Source: Naegleria gruberi (taxonomy: Eukaryota). From it: 64,000 nt of DNA. Position 1 is the stretch's first letter. Each line of letters starts with the position of its first letter. The notes beneath the pieces are model-generated. The model worked only from the letters and a program-made list of their open reading frames with translations. It was not told the origin of the DNA and ran no database searches. The translations under genes were made by a program, and so were the position numbers. Positions 31,506 through 43,988 of this stretch are shown in pieces. The stretch lies in assembly GCA_000004985.1 (NCBI GenBank), contig GG738921.1; one strand, 5' to 3'.

Positions 31506-34500
31506 ATGGAAAGTTATTGTTCATTGGATGAAGACAAGATGATGATGTATTCAAAGAAGCCGGATAATAGTAATGATAACGATAATAGTACTGGAACACA
31601 AACATCATCAAATTGTGGATGTATTGAAAATAATAACAATGATGAAGAAGTAGAACAACAACATGCTGACCAGCAACAACAACAACAGAAAATAGATAAT
31701 GATGAATTGTTAATGGAAATGATTCTAAATAACATACTGCCTATTAATGATAGCAGTGATGATAGTATTACAGCAATATCATCATCCTCAGCAAAATTAT
31801 TATCTAATAATTATTATAATACAGAAAGTAACAATAATTTATCTACCGAAGAAGAACCATCATCATCAACAATGGAAGAAGAGCAAGCTACACTATTGGC
31901 TGATGAAGAATCTGCCAATTATAACATTATCTCTGATTCTTGCTCTACTACATCATCTAACAACTCTAATAACACAACATGCTCAACAAGCACTAATTAT
32001 AATCATCACAAACAACAACATGATGATAAGGACGACAACATGCAATGTAAATACAATGAGAGACAAAGAAGAGCCCTTGCTCTACTGATGGCCATCAGAG
32101 ACAAATATGAGAAAAACCTTGAAAAGAGTAGTAAGATAACAACAACAAGTGGAGGATCTTTATATTCATCTAAAAGGATGAGTTCAACGAGAATAACAAC
32201 TAACACGAGCACAACAGCAGCATGTTCTTCATTCAAAACAATGCTCAAACTTGCACTCGTGTTGATAGTTGGAGTGTGGTGCGTCTTATCATTCATGAGT
32301 GACGTTATAATACTTGATGATTATGCAGCAAGTGGTTTTCATCATCGTTATGAATATTTGGAAGATGATTTCTATGAATTCAATCATAATAATATAATGT
32401 TTGTGATGGCGGAACCACCTGGCATTTCGCCCCAAGCCCTAAAGGAAATACTAAGCAGAGAATCGGAAATTATGAGGCAAGAACCGATATACAATGATTT
32501 TAGCTTCAGTTCCTTATTTTCAATGAATGGTTTACATAGTTTAGCAAGCAAGGCAACTGACTTTTTGCAGAGGGGTGGTTTTGAATCGAGTGCTGATGTG
32601 GCAACTCAATGCCTGATTAATAGTCCGAGAAAATGTGACAACTCTAGGAAATTACAATTGATTCAATTCAACTGGCTTGGACCAACTGTAAATGCTAATG
32701 TTGCCAAGATTGTCCTAGAGGAAATGTTGGGAATATGTGCAGAAATTGTAACAATGAATGTAACTCATGCTCTTGAAGAGATGGCAGAATATGGAACGAG
32801 AAGATCATATGCCATGCTTGAATTTTGGAGTGAATCTAGAAAATTTCAATACGACAAGTATGTTGTCAATGATAAGACTATAATGGGTAAGTTGATATCC
32901 ACCACAATATCAAAAACTAATTCAAATCAAAAATTCAAATTACTATTTTGACAGATGTTGGTGAGTTAGGTATCAATGCAAAGTTGGGTTGGTACATTTT
33001 AGGTTTCATGAAGGATGAGTATGACCTTATCGACGAATACAGAGAGTATAGAACTGAGAAGGCAGCTCACTACCTTGCAACTAACGATACCTATCCACTT
33101 GGTAGGTTTATAGGAGGAGCAAAGAGCTGGATCACTTTTGATCAACAAATTATAACAAATCTCAAGCTCAATCTCCAGATACAATATACACAGGAAGAAA
33201 ATGCAGAGGATTTTCTGATTTCAAAAATTCAAGAAGCAAACGATAGAAAAGAACCAGTATTGTTCTATCTTTGGTATCCTCATCAAATTTTCAAAAAGCT
33301 GTCTATTAAGAATGTTTACCTTCCTCCTAGTTCAGAAAGTTGTTGGACCTCTTACAATCAAGAGAATCAACTCATTGATTGTGACTATCCAACAGAGTTA
33401 TTGAGAAAATTGGTCTCCCCAAAACTCACAGAGGATATGGTTCTCAACTCCTTCTTTTCCAAATTTGCCTATGAAAGTACAGATCAAATAGATATTTTGG
33501 CAGATATTGTGTTTCAGGAAATGTCAGTAGTTGATGCATCTTGTAAGTGGCTGAGAAATAACACAAAAAGAGTAGCTTATTGGGTATCTGATCATAATGA
33601 TACCTCCAGTAGTGTGATTGGTATAGTGATTGCATCTCTGTTTGTCATTTCGCTCTTCTTCTGTACTATATTTATTACTGGTTTGGTGCTTTACTTTATG
33701 TATAGAAAGAATTTGAGAAAGAGATCTCTTAAATATGCCCCAAGAACAACACCATTCACTCTAGTTTTTACAGATATTCAAAACTCTACACTTTTGTGGG
33801 CTACTGCCTCTGAAACGATGAAATCAGTACTGTCTATTCACAACATTATTATGAGGTCAAACATTCAAAAGTACAAGGGTTATGAGGCCAAGACAGCAGG
33901 TGATAGTTTCACTGTGGCATTTGTTGATCCGTTGTGTGCACTGGCTTTTTGCATTAGTGTTCAGAAGGATTTATTGCTGGCCAATTGGCCTTCTGATTCT
34001 CTTCTACTTCCTGATATGAAGGAAGTTAGGTGGAATGAAAGCTTGATTTACAGAGGTCCTAGAATTAGAATGGGAATACATGCGGGATCTGATTGCAATA
34101 TTCAAATTGACAAAAAGACGCAACGTATGGAATATGTGGGCAATATGGTTCATATTGCTAACAAGATTGAGGCATCATCAGTTGGTGGCAGAATTTATGT
34201 TTCAGGTGCTTTTGTCCAAGCTATCAAGAGTAGATTAATGTTGTTTGATTCTGCTTCCAACTCTAGTAATCCAAAGACTTCCAAAGAAGATGTAACTACA
34301 TCTGCCAACACTCAATATTATGATGATTCCTCTGATAAAGGAATAAGCAAATACGTGCAGGAATTGAATAATAACTTGATTGAATTTGAAGATCTAGGAC
34401 CTAAGCAAGAAATTGAAATTGGAGGAACAAAGATACCCTTATTTATGGTAAAAGATTTTAGCTTTGCAAGAACATCTTGGATTCAGCAATTCGAAAGAGT

Positions 34501-34756
34501 TCTAGAAGAGTCACCAGTAGAAGAACAAAAAGTAATTGGCCAAAAATTGGACCTGATTGAAGAGGTGGAAAAGTTTATTACAGATCCGGGCTCATTCCCA
34601 GCTGAAAGAAAGTCAAAATTAATATATGACTTTATCAACCACACCTCCGATGCTGAGCTCAATCTTCCATCATGGAATAGCAAGTATTTTATTGATTTAT
34701 TCGACAATGTCTTCCGTTACATTACTACCCAACATGTAAACATTAAGGAAGAATAA
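31506..34756 (+). CDS. Receptor-type class III adenylyl cyclase (about 1060 aa). Two exons: 31506-32886 and 32955-34756.
   Basis: A 68-nt intron has donor g|GTAAGT and acceptor ttttgacag, joining phase 1. The N-terminal roughly 240 aa are N/Q/S/D-rich. TM1 is LALVLIVGVWCVLSF. A roughly 400-aa luminal/extracellular domain follows, then TM2 (VIGIVIASLFVISLFFCTIFITGLVLYFMY), then the cyclase domain. The cyclase domain has the first metal Asp in FTDIQNST, the second Asp in KTAGDSFTVAF, and the N/R pair in VGNMVHIANKIE and GPRIRMGIHAG. Confidence 0.75.
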
Positions 34757-35056
34757 TTGACTAGTTTTCGGTAGTGATTCAACCTCATTAGTGAAAATCT
34801 TGCCATAGGATGAAAAACTTTACAAAATCTCCAACCCAAAAATCTCACCAATTAAAAATTTCTGTTGACATTACAATGGAAATCCATTTTATTCCTTTAG
34901 CACCACCAATAAATCAAAACAAGTACCGAATAATTACCAATTTTTTGGTTCTCTTCTTGTTGTTGCTATTTAAGCAAACATTGAAAACACCAAAAATTTC
35001 CCAAACAAAAAAAACTCTAACAACAAACTTTGTACAAAAACAACAATCTAATAGAA

Positions 35057-35553
35057 ATGGCCAGAACCAAGCAAACTGCATATAGAGGAGTTGGGCAAAA
35101 GGCTCCAAGAAAGAGTATTGCCAATAAGATTGCCAAGTAAGTTTTTGTCTTCTGAACTAGTTTCATTAACATGGTTTTGTAATTTTTCTTTAATTGCAAT
35201 TGATTAACAGGAAATCTGCCAAGCAACCACATAGTGGCGGTCTTAAAAAGGTTCACAGATACAAACCAGGTACAGTTGCCTTGAGAGAAATCAGAAAGTA
35301 TCAAAAATCTACCGAGTTGCTCATCAGAAAATTACCATTCCAAAGATTAGTCAGAGAAATTGCACAAGACTACAAATCAGATTTGAGGTTCCAATCCAAT
35401 GCAGTCCTAGCCCTTCAAGAAGCTTCTGAAGCTTATCTTGTCTCTCTCTTTGAGGATACTAATTTGTGTGCAATTCACGCCAAGAGAGTTACCATCATGC
35501 ATAAGGATATGCAACTCGCTGCAAGAATTAGAGGTGAAAAGCTAAATAAATAA
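35057..35553 (+). CDS. Histone H3 variant with one intron (exons 35057-35136 and 35211-35553; 141 aa).
   Basis: [26 protein letters not shown]|[11 protein letters not shown]... and then a near-canonical histone fold ([39 protein letters not shown]...ARIRGEK). GTAAGT donor and ttaacag acceptor. The N-tail diverges from canonical H3: K9 and K27 contexts are altered. Confidence 0.8.
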
Positions 35554-35664
35554 ATGTATTGATTGTTATAATGCTCCATTGTTCTATTGTAGTTAATCCA
35601 CTGAACAGAATTATCTTGCATTAATTTTGTTATTCCACAATATTATTGTTATTAAAATTCAAAA

Positions 35665-36698
35665 TTATCTTAAAATCCACATTGAATCAACTCCTTGAAT
35701 GGATGACAAAATTGAGCCACCAATCCATGAAGAATACTTTCTCTCAGGTGGAGCCACAACCCTACACGGTGTCAGATTAAGTTCCCTCTTGAGTCTTTCT
35801 GTAAAATTAGGGAAGAGAGTATTTCCTCCAGAGAGAATAATGTTTTTCTGACATTCTTCCTTGAATTTCGAATCGAGATGTTGTAAAGATTTGAGAATTA
35901 GCTCATGAATGGAAGCTCTGGTTTTTCAATGAGAGAAGGTTGAAAGAGAGCTTCTGGACATTTGTATTGATCTAGACCAAGTGAAATGCCATTTTCTCCA
36001 ATTTCATAATATCGATCACAAATGTCAAATCTTTGAGTTTCCCAATGATAATCCATTGAAATCTGACACAATCTTTGCTTTATCTGAATTAAATGTTCGA
36101 CCCCTGTAGAGCTATCAAATTCTTCTCCAATTTTGTATCCACAATTTTCAATCAACTTTTCCAAAAATAGAGATAAATCCCTTCCACCAAATTCCACACC
36201 ACAACAATGTTGAGTTAACACTTGGCCCTCATCAATAGTAACTGAATTAGTGATACAATCTCCACTCTTCAATACCAATCCAGTTGTCCTGCCAGATGCC
36301 AAAAGTGATAACATGTTCCTGTCAGCCAAAGCAAAAACAGGAACTCCCAATTTCTCAAAAACAATCTCTGTAATTCCCACTCTCGTTCTTTTCACATTAT
36401 TCAATGAATTATATCCTATTAGAATCGGATATTCCTTCATTTCAATAATTTTCATTTCTTCCAAAATTAAATGTTCCAACATTAGTTCTAAATCGTCCAA
36501 TTGAGTGATAATTCCTTTATCGATTGGATATTTTAGATCAGGAAGTAAAGAATTTGATTTAATTTTGGAGTAAATTCTTCTGGATTGACCTGTCAGAGAT
36601 TTGTTGATGTCTGAAGTGGGCTCATCGTCCATTCCATAGCCTGTGGAAATGGTGCCAGAACCCAAGTCAATAACTACCTTTGTGTTGTGTTGATACAT
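35665..36698 (-). CDS. Actin-related protein (Arp) with one frame break at a T5/A5 run (plus-strand 35922-35926).
   Basis: Supplied ORF 35898-36698 ends ...CPEALFQPSLIEKPELPFMS*. The downstream frame continues actin-collinear: SIHELILKSLQHLDSKFKEECQKNIILSGGNTLFPNFTERLKRELNLTPCRVVAPPERKYSSWIGGSILSSIQGVDSMWIL. The N-terminus is VVIDLGSGTISTGYG. Confidence 0.65.
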
Positions 36699-37169
36699 TT
36701 TTTTTTGATTGATTTTGTAACAAGTTCAGTAAGAAATTGATAGTTGACAGGAAAGTTCAATAGAGATAACTCAAAATTTTGCCAATCTTTGTGAGAAAAC
36801 CTTCATAAAAGATTAATTCTCCATTCAAATTCTCACACCTCCAAAACTGTAGTTTGAATTTCAACACGTTCAACAAAAAGAAGGAAATTCCAAGAGAGAA
36901 AAATTGGTGCAAATTTGGGTCCAATAACGAAAATAATTGTCGCAAAAGAATGGTAACAATTGGCTCAATGAATACTTCACAATTGGTAAAAAACCAATAT
37001 TCCTCCCTATTCCGCACTCTATTTCTGCCAACCACCAAGTAAATTTAATAAAATTCAATATAATATCCCAAGATAATACAAAAATCTGCAAGAATTTTTT
37101 TTTTCAAACTCGAAAAAAAACAACCAACGAACCCGCGCGATTTTTTAGTTAGAAAAAAAACAAACAACA

Positions 37170-38630
37170 ATGGAATCGATAGAGTTGGAATCAACATCGG
37201 CTTCTAATTTATCTAAGAGTTCCGCTTCGTCTTTGAATACAACAACGAAGGAACACAAGCACAAACATCATCATCATGATCACGGAGATCACCATCATGA
37301 TCATGAACATCATCACGATGATGAAGATGACAATTCAACGGATCAAACTCAACTTTTAAAAACATCTTCGAGTGGATTGATGGAATATGAATTGGATCGT
37401 GTAAAATTGAATGGTGAAACGTTGAAGAAAATTTACCTCTCCAAGAGTAAACCACTGTGGAAGGAACCAGATTTTGTCAAGATGGTTATTATGATTACTA
37501 TGGTTTTACTCATGTTTTTAGCTGAACTTACTGTTGGTGTGATGGCCGAGTCTCTTACATTGTTGGCTGATTCGTTCCACATGCTTTCCGATGGTATTTC
37601 CTTGATGGTTGGAGCTGCATGCATTTGGTTAGCAAAGAAAGGACCAACTAATTTAATGACATTTGGTTTTGGAAGAGCTGAAACATTGGGAGGTTTGATT
37701 AATGCTGTCTTTTTGGTCAGTGTTGTGTTGTATGTGATTATGGAATCAATTCAAAGGTTTTTCATGCCGGAGAGGATTACTGATCCTTTATTAGTATTGT
37801 GTGTTGGAGGTGCTGGTCTTTTAATTAACTTGATTGGACTTGTCATGTTCTGTGGCCATCATCCTCATCCTGGACACGATCATGACCACGACCACGGACA
37901 TGGACATAGTCATAAACATTCACACGAAGAACACGACCACGATCATGAACACGAACATAATCATGACCATGACCATTCTCATCATGAACACGAACATACT
38001 GAAAAGAAGGAGCACAAGGAACACAAGCACAGATCTGAAAATATTTTCGGTGTCTTTTTACACATTTTGGGAGATTTCCTTGGTTCCATTGCTGTCATGA
38101 TTTCCTCTGGTCTTTTACTCATCTTTGATAAGAAGGATGAAAATGGTAATTATCCACACACTTGGGTTCTCTATGTTGATCCAGTTCTCAGTCTTATTAT
38201 GAGTGGTATTATTCTAGTTACTGCCATTCCTCTTTTGAAATCAACTTGTAGAACTTTGTTGCAATCTGTACCACATGATGTTGATATTCCTAAATTGAAA
38301 TCAAGTATTTTGGAAGTTGAGGGAGTTCTTTCTTGTCATGAATTGCATGTTTGGCAACTTGTTGGAAAGACCTCAATTGCCAGTGTTCACATTCTCACTA
38401 CTGAAAATAATAGAGGATTTATGAGAATTGCCAAACAACTTCAAAAGGTATTCCACAAGTTTAATATCCATGCCTCCACTATTCAACCAGAATTCATTTC
38501 AAGCACTTCAAATAATAAGGGAGAAGAAGCTCAGCCATGTCATCTTTTATGTACCGATACTTGCTATGAACATTTTTGTTGTGCTCCAAATCCAGCAAAG
38601 GAAGATATTGATCCAGCAGAAAATGTGTAA
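37170..38630 (+). CDS. Cation-diffusion-facilitator zinc transporter (ZnT/SLC30-like) with His-rich N-terminus and cytoplasmic loop.
   Basis: 486-aa single ORF. Six TM helices. The CDF signature includes HMLSDGISL. A long (HD/HE)n loop is present: HDHDHDHGHGHSHKHSHEEHDHDHEHEH. Confidence 0.8.
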   Translation: MESIELESTSASNLSKSSASSLNTTTKEHKHKHHHHDHGDHHHDHEHHHDDEDDNSTDQTQLLKTSSSGLMEYELDRVKLNGETLKKIYLSKSKPLWKEPDFVKMVIMITMVLLMFLAELTVGVMAESLTLLADSFHMLSDGISLMVGAACIWLAKKGPTNLMTFGFGRAETLGGLINAVFLVSVVLYVIMESIQRFFMPERITDPLLVLCVGGAGLLINLIGLVMFCGHHPHPGHDHDHDHGHGHSHKHSHEEHDHDHEHEHNHDHDHSHHEHEHTEKKEHKEHKHRSENIFGVFLHILGDFLGSIAVMISSGLLLIFDKKDENGNYPHTWVLYVDPVLSLIMSGIILVTAIPLLKSTCRTLLQSVPHDVDIPKLKSSILEVEGVLSCHELHVWQLVGKTSIASVHILTTENNRGFMRIAKQLQKVFHKFNIHASTIQPEFISSTSNNKGEEAQPCHLLCTDTCYEHFCCAPNPAKEDIDPAENV

Positions 38631-38905
38631 ATAAATTTAAACTATTACAACCTAAACAATGGAATTTGCATTTCAATTATTCTTAAAGATAATAAATATG
38701 GTATGTAGAAGTTTAATGAATAATAATCAATAGAACTATGTAACCCTTTATTCACAATCAAATATTGCACTTGTCAACCCGGTGTATTTTTGTAAAGATA
38801 CACAAGTGTCAGCTGTATTTACATGTAACCCCTTCCAGTGTAGAAAATCTCATACAATTAGCTAAGATTCGTATTTCCCAACTCAAAAAATATACTAAAC
38901 CAAAC

Positions 38906-40511
38906 ATGCGAGCAATTCTTTGTCATCTATTTATCATTTGCTGCATGTCAATAGTTGTTGCATGCCAACAACAGCAACCAACCAATGGTACTCTTGGTTT
39001 CATTTACTCACTCAACTCAACCAAATCTGTCAGCTATCTTCTCCCAAATATTGGTGGCACAATTAGTTGCATGGTCGAAGGTGATTCAGTTCTCTATGGA
39101 GAGTTCTCATTGAGTGAAAGTACAGTGAAACCAGGATATACATGGACAAATTCGAATTATAATAAGCCATTGTCTCCAGTTGCTTTCTTTACTTTGAATT
39201 TGAGTCAAGTTTTCATTCCGCCAAATGTCACTGAAGATCAAATTGATTTTGAAACATCATTTATGGTCAATTGGAAGAGTTTCATTCCAACAAGCTTTAA
39301 TCTTGATCCAACTTCATACGAAATTAGAAAATATTATGCATCTGCCAATAGTTTTTACCCATTTTCCACTTATGCACCAAAAGATTATGGAACTTTAGTC
39401 CAAATCGAAGATGCCTCAGAAATTGTTATCACATTTGGTATTTTCGTGTTCAATTCAATGCAAAAGGTTTCTTTTGATGAGTACGTAGCTATTAACTATC
39501 CAAGATCCTTGTGGTTGGACAATTATAGTTCAGACAATATCAAAAATGTTTCGTATAACTTTCCATTAGCAAGTTATACTCCACATGCATTAACAAATAA
39601 TGTAATCAAGGTGATAAGGGGCTCTACAGGTAGTAAGGGAGCCGTACCAAGTAATTATGCAATCCTGGGTCTGTTTTTATATAGAACTTATGAGGGTCAC
39701 ACCAGTAACATTACTCTAACTCAGTCATCTGTCTCTATTTCTTATGAGAAATCACAATATTATCTTGATTTTAGCTATAAAATGGTTGATATAGATATAG
39801 ATACATTGACATGCCAATTTATTGCTTATAATTCATTAACTTCACTTAAAAAGACTCTCACCAAGGATCAATTGATTTGTGACTTGGACAATTCATATTC
39901 ACAAAATCATGATTTGTATATTATTGCCAAATTGAAGCCTAAACCACCTACTCCACCTACTCCTCAACCATCCAATAATAATAATGGAAACAAAAAGACA
40001 ATATTGATGGTTACAGGATTTGAAGAAACTTTAACTTTGACGAAAGGTCAAGAACAAGTTTTTCATGTTTTTGCAAGTTCCAAAAAGAAAGTTGAGTTTA
40101 AAACCAGTTTTATTTTTGGTGGATTAACTACCAAACCAGAATTTAATTCATTTTGACGCCAAGCTCACCAATGGAAATGGAATCATTTCGAATATCTATT
40201 CGTATAATGTCTACTTGTTGGTTTCGAATACTGATCTCCTTGCCACGGATTGCAAATTCTCAATTACTCCAAATGTAACCTCCCTCCCAGGTTCAACAGA
40301 TCCAAACAACAATTCGAATCTATTCTCCATAGAACAAATTCTTGTCATTGTTCTACCAATAGTTGTTGGTGGTGGCGTGATGGTTTGTGCCATTGTTGCC
40401 TTTATTATTGTGGCACTTGTTGTTTACAGAAAGAGAAGGAATACAACAACATCAGATATGAATGTACAATTGATGCAAACAACTCCCTATTATGAAATTA
40501 GTAGACAATAA
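38906..40511 (+). CDS. Type I membrane glycoprotein-like protein: signal peptide, large extracellular domain, one C-terminal TM and a short tail. There is a frame break near 40125-40160.
   Basis: ATG at 38906 (MRAILCHLFIICCMSIVVAC). ORF 38765-40156 and ORF 40215-40511 overlap in different frames. The second ORF encodes the TM segment ILVIVLPIVVGGGVMVCAIVAFIIVALVVYRKRR. Many N-x-S/T sites are present. Confidence 0.5.
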
Positions 40512-40555
40512 ATTGAATCATAATAAGAAGTTGTTTAGTAAAAGTTAAAATGAAT

Positions 40556-40626
40556 TGCATTAGCCGGGAGTCGAACCCGGGTCACCAGCTTGGAAGGCTG
40601 GTATGATACCGTTACACTACTAATGC
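40556..40626 (-). tRNA. tRNA-Gly (anticodon TCC).
   Basis: GCATTAGTAGTGTAACGGTATCATACCAGCCTTCCAAGCTGGTGACCCGGGTTCGACTCCCGGCTAATGC+A. The acceptor stem pairs perfectly, the anticodon loop is CTTCCAA, and the T-loop is TTCGACT. Confidence 0.8.
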
Positions 40627-40710
40627 TTTACATTAAGGTTATTCAAAATCACACTCTTCTTTATTATCACAACTAAGGCTCAATACTTTTTTCGAGCATT
40701 CAAATTGAAT

Positions 40711-41049
40711 TTAGCAAGGTCTTGCATAGGCGTATGGGTAAGCATAAGGAGCAGCATATGAAACTGGAGCAACTGCATAAGTGGCAACTGGTGCAGCAAC
40801 TGCATAGGTTGCAGCCACAGGAGCAGCATAGGTAACTGGAGCAACTGCATAGGCATAAGTTGAAGCAACAGGTGGATAGCAATTGACACCTCCATATGCT
40901 CCATATCCTCCGTATGCTCCATATCCTCCATATGAATATGGATAAGCGTATGGATATGCATAAGATGAAGCAATATAAGAATCAGTTGAACAATGCACTG
41001 TGCAAGCAGCAACTAAGAGGACAACCAGAATGGCAATGATTTGTTTCAT
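40711..41049 (-). CDS. Small secreted Tyr/Ala/Gly/Pro-rich protein (112 aa).
   Basis: Signal peptide MKQIIAILVVLLVAACTVHC, then AYPYAYPY, GGYGAYGGYGAYGG and (A/V)TYAVAAPV repeats. Confidence 0.5.
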   Translation of the reverse strand: MKQIIAILVVLLVAACTVHCSTDSYIASSYAYPYAYPYSYGGYGAYGGYGAYGGVNCYPPVASTYAYAVAPVTYAAPVAATYAVAAPVATYAVAPVSYAAPYAYPYAYARPC

Positions 41050-41097
41050 TTTGTTTTTTAGTTTTGATTTGTTTTGGAGAATGTAAATCTCGTTTGA

Positions 41098-42725
41098 TTA
41101 ACTATGATTTTTACATACAATAAGATTAGNNNNNNNNNNNNNNNNNNNNNNNNNNNNNNNNNNNNNNNNNNNNNNNNNNCTGATAAGCTTACTGACAACC
41201 TCTTGAGTTTTCTTGATTCCTCTTGGTGCCAGAGGTTCCTCATACGTTCCATCATTTGAAATTATTCCTGGCTGAACAGTATCTGGAGTGTTAAGGAAAC
41301 TTGGAGGAGAAACTGCATGTTCATCAGTGGCTGGCCAATTTGACATGGGCGATATTGGAGGGGTTGAACTCACAGCAGTTGAAATGGTAGAGTTTGCCCT
41401 GTAATGAACTGAAGGTTGAGAAGGATGACTCTCTTCCATAATTTGATCCATTTCAATTACTGTATTGACAAAGGTATGAACAGAGTCAGCAACCAAGCCA
41501 CTAACTTTCTCAGTGTCTCTCCTTCTCAAGAATACTCTGATATTCTTCAATTTCTTTGTGAGAATCATCAATCTGATGGTTGTAATAACCCAATAAATAA
41601 TAAATACAATTACAAATACTAGGAAAATTCCAAAAACAAAGAAAATGACTGAATACCAAGGAAATCTGTAATAGTCAATTATACCATATGGCCACTTAGT
41701 TGCAGCTCCAGTTTCCAAAATAACTTGAACCCAAATGCAATAAATTGATGGATAGAGAAGCACCAGGAAAATGTGCCAAATTCTGAAAACCAAATTAGAC
41801 AGGAAAAACTCAATAATGTTAAATAGTAGATTCATGCCATGATACCCGAATGTAAAGTAGGACATTGGGTCGGGGTCGTTATTAGTTGGATTTCCATTTG
41901 CAAGGTCGGGTATAACCATGACCCAATATCCAATCACAACCACGACTGCCGATACATGATTCCACTCAGCAAGTAACCACAGTACCGTAGAAACGAAACT
42001 AAATAATTTTCGGACCAAAGGATGCAATTCATCTAAACTTTTAGTAGGTCCTTCAGTTTCAGATTCATTAAAGTACTTGTAGCATGATGTAATGTAAAAC
42101 AATCCAAATACTGATTGCAAAACATAGTAAATTGCCAGCACTAGAGCTGAAGTATTTGTAAAAAACGAAAAGTATGTCATGAAATCCTTTGGTCTGAAAA
42201 AGGTTGGATCAATAGACATTTGCACTGTTATCCACAATGCAACAATCACTCGGAAAATGTACAGTAATATGGTTAATGGTCTTTTAAAGCCAAATCCTTC
42301 AAAGACAAACTGTGAAGGATCACGCAATCTTTACAAATTAACATCATGATAATGCATGACAGAATTAGATTCATTATTAGGACACAATTTGAAAGAATCA
42401 ACACAATCCATATTCGAAACAATATTGCAACTACTTACCTATTATAAATGATTTTCTTGTCTTCCTTTTCCAATTCTTTCTGATCTGAAAAATTGGGTTT
42501 TGGCACAGAATTAGGATCCTTTCCCAGTCTAAATGTCATTTGCCTCTGTTTAATGTATTCATCAGTTCGTGTCTTTTTCTGTTGAAATCGAAAGCCTTTC
42601 GTTATCAGAACAGTAACTGCTCCAAATATGATAAAGAAGAAAGTCGTTACGTTGGTCGAAATGATCAGGGATGGAACCAAATTAAAGTATGGTCGATCAT
42701 CCCGAAGGAATGGTACAACAGGCAT
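41098..42725 (-). CDS. Multi-pass membrane protein of unknown family. Two exons: 42725-42439 and 42328-41098. The 3' region is interrupted by an N-gap.
   Basis: Donor ag|GTAAGT and acceptor tgtaaag bound a 110-nt intron, joining phase 2. About 8 hydrophobic helices. The C-terminal tail is S/P-rich. The gap at 41130-41179 leaves the 3' end uncertain. Confidence 0.5.
41130..41179. other. Assembly gap (50 N).
   Basis: Run of n. Confidence 1.
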
Positions 42726-43988
42726 GATGTTATATTATTATTGTTGATAGTTTGTGTATAATTTAAGTTGTTGTAGTGGGAAGACTCGAAGAAGGTTGTT
42801 GGCTATAAAAGAGTTGACTTGTTATTCTTCTGTGTTATTGTATTGATGATGATGAAAAAAGTTGAAACTCTTCGGAAGTAAAATTTGATTCTCTGTTATC
42901 TATAGATATTTACAAATAATAATTGATAATGCTGATTTGAATAGATTTGAATGAGGAATGTTTTAATGGTTTCTCTGTTGTTGTTGTTGTTGTTTACCTT
43001 CTAATACTTCTTGTCGATTTGAATGGTGAAGCAACATTTAACTTTAAAGAGGAGGAGGAGGAGGGTAATATTATTGAGGATGATTTGGAAATTGTGCTGT
43101 TACTGCTGATGCTTGTAACAAACACAGTGGTAGCACGTTGTTGTTAGCTTTTTTTTACTTTGTTTTCTTAAACACATGATGGCGCTCAATTTGCGATCAT
43201 TTTTGTAGTTGGAGTACCGTGTTTGGAATTGATACGACCATAAAGAAGGAAGAAACAGTCAATTAAGGTCCCGGTCACTATGATATTAAAGGATATCCAG
43301 AGTAGCAGAAACGTATGATATTGAGTGAAATTAAAGTTTAGTCTACTTTCTTCTAGTTTCTTCTTACAAATTTTAAAGTTTAATAAATTTTAATGAAAAA
43401 CACAATTGACAGAAATATTAGTTTTAACCTTTACTGATTTTTGGGTTTAATTTGGTGTGAACCTACTTCACGACCTGACAAAAAGGGTATAATCACTATT
43501 CTGGACAAACTTTTTAGCAAATTCTTTGCCAATTTAATGAAAATGAGCTCGTGGAGTTTTCCCTCACTTTTACAATAACTTTGTAATGTGAACAATGAGT
43601 CAGTATCTACAGTTTTTAAGCAAACTACAGAAAAATTCTTCAAACATCTGTGTGAAAACTGTAAAGGAAAGTAATTATTCGAAAGTTGAGTTGCATGTCG
43701 TGAATGGAAAGGTATCGCTGACATTAATGTCCTACACCTCAACCAATTTCAGTCAGTTTGGAGTTTTTTAAATACGAGCTTATGATCCTCACACATCTTC
43801 ATCAATCTTCAAGCAGCATGACAAGTTCTTGATCAACAAAAAAATAACAACATTCCACATCTGCGTCGCTCGATTTCTATTCGAGAGAGACTTCAAAAAC
43901 GCTCATCAACATCATTTATCAACTGTTGCAATCTCCAACAACAACAATAACAAATAGAAAAAGCTTACAAAACTTCTCCACTCTCTTC

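Noticed and set aside
40556-40626. Apparent A:A mismatch in the tRNA-Gly(TCC) acceptor stem, suggesting another homopolymer error.
   Set aside because: Re-counting the sequence shows GCATTAG/CTAATGC pairs perfectly. The mismatch was my indexing slip.
43431-43742. 103-codon ORF in the 1.2-kb spacer between the membrane-protein gene and the RGS/START gene.
   Set aside because: No homology, no ATG context and no splice support. Most likely it is a non-coding divergent promoter region.
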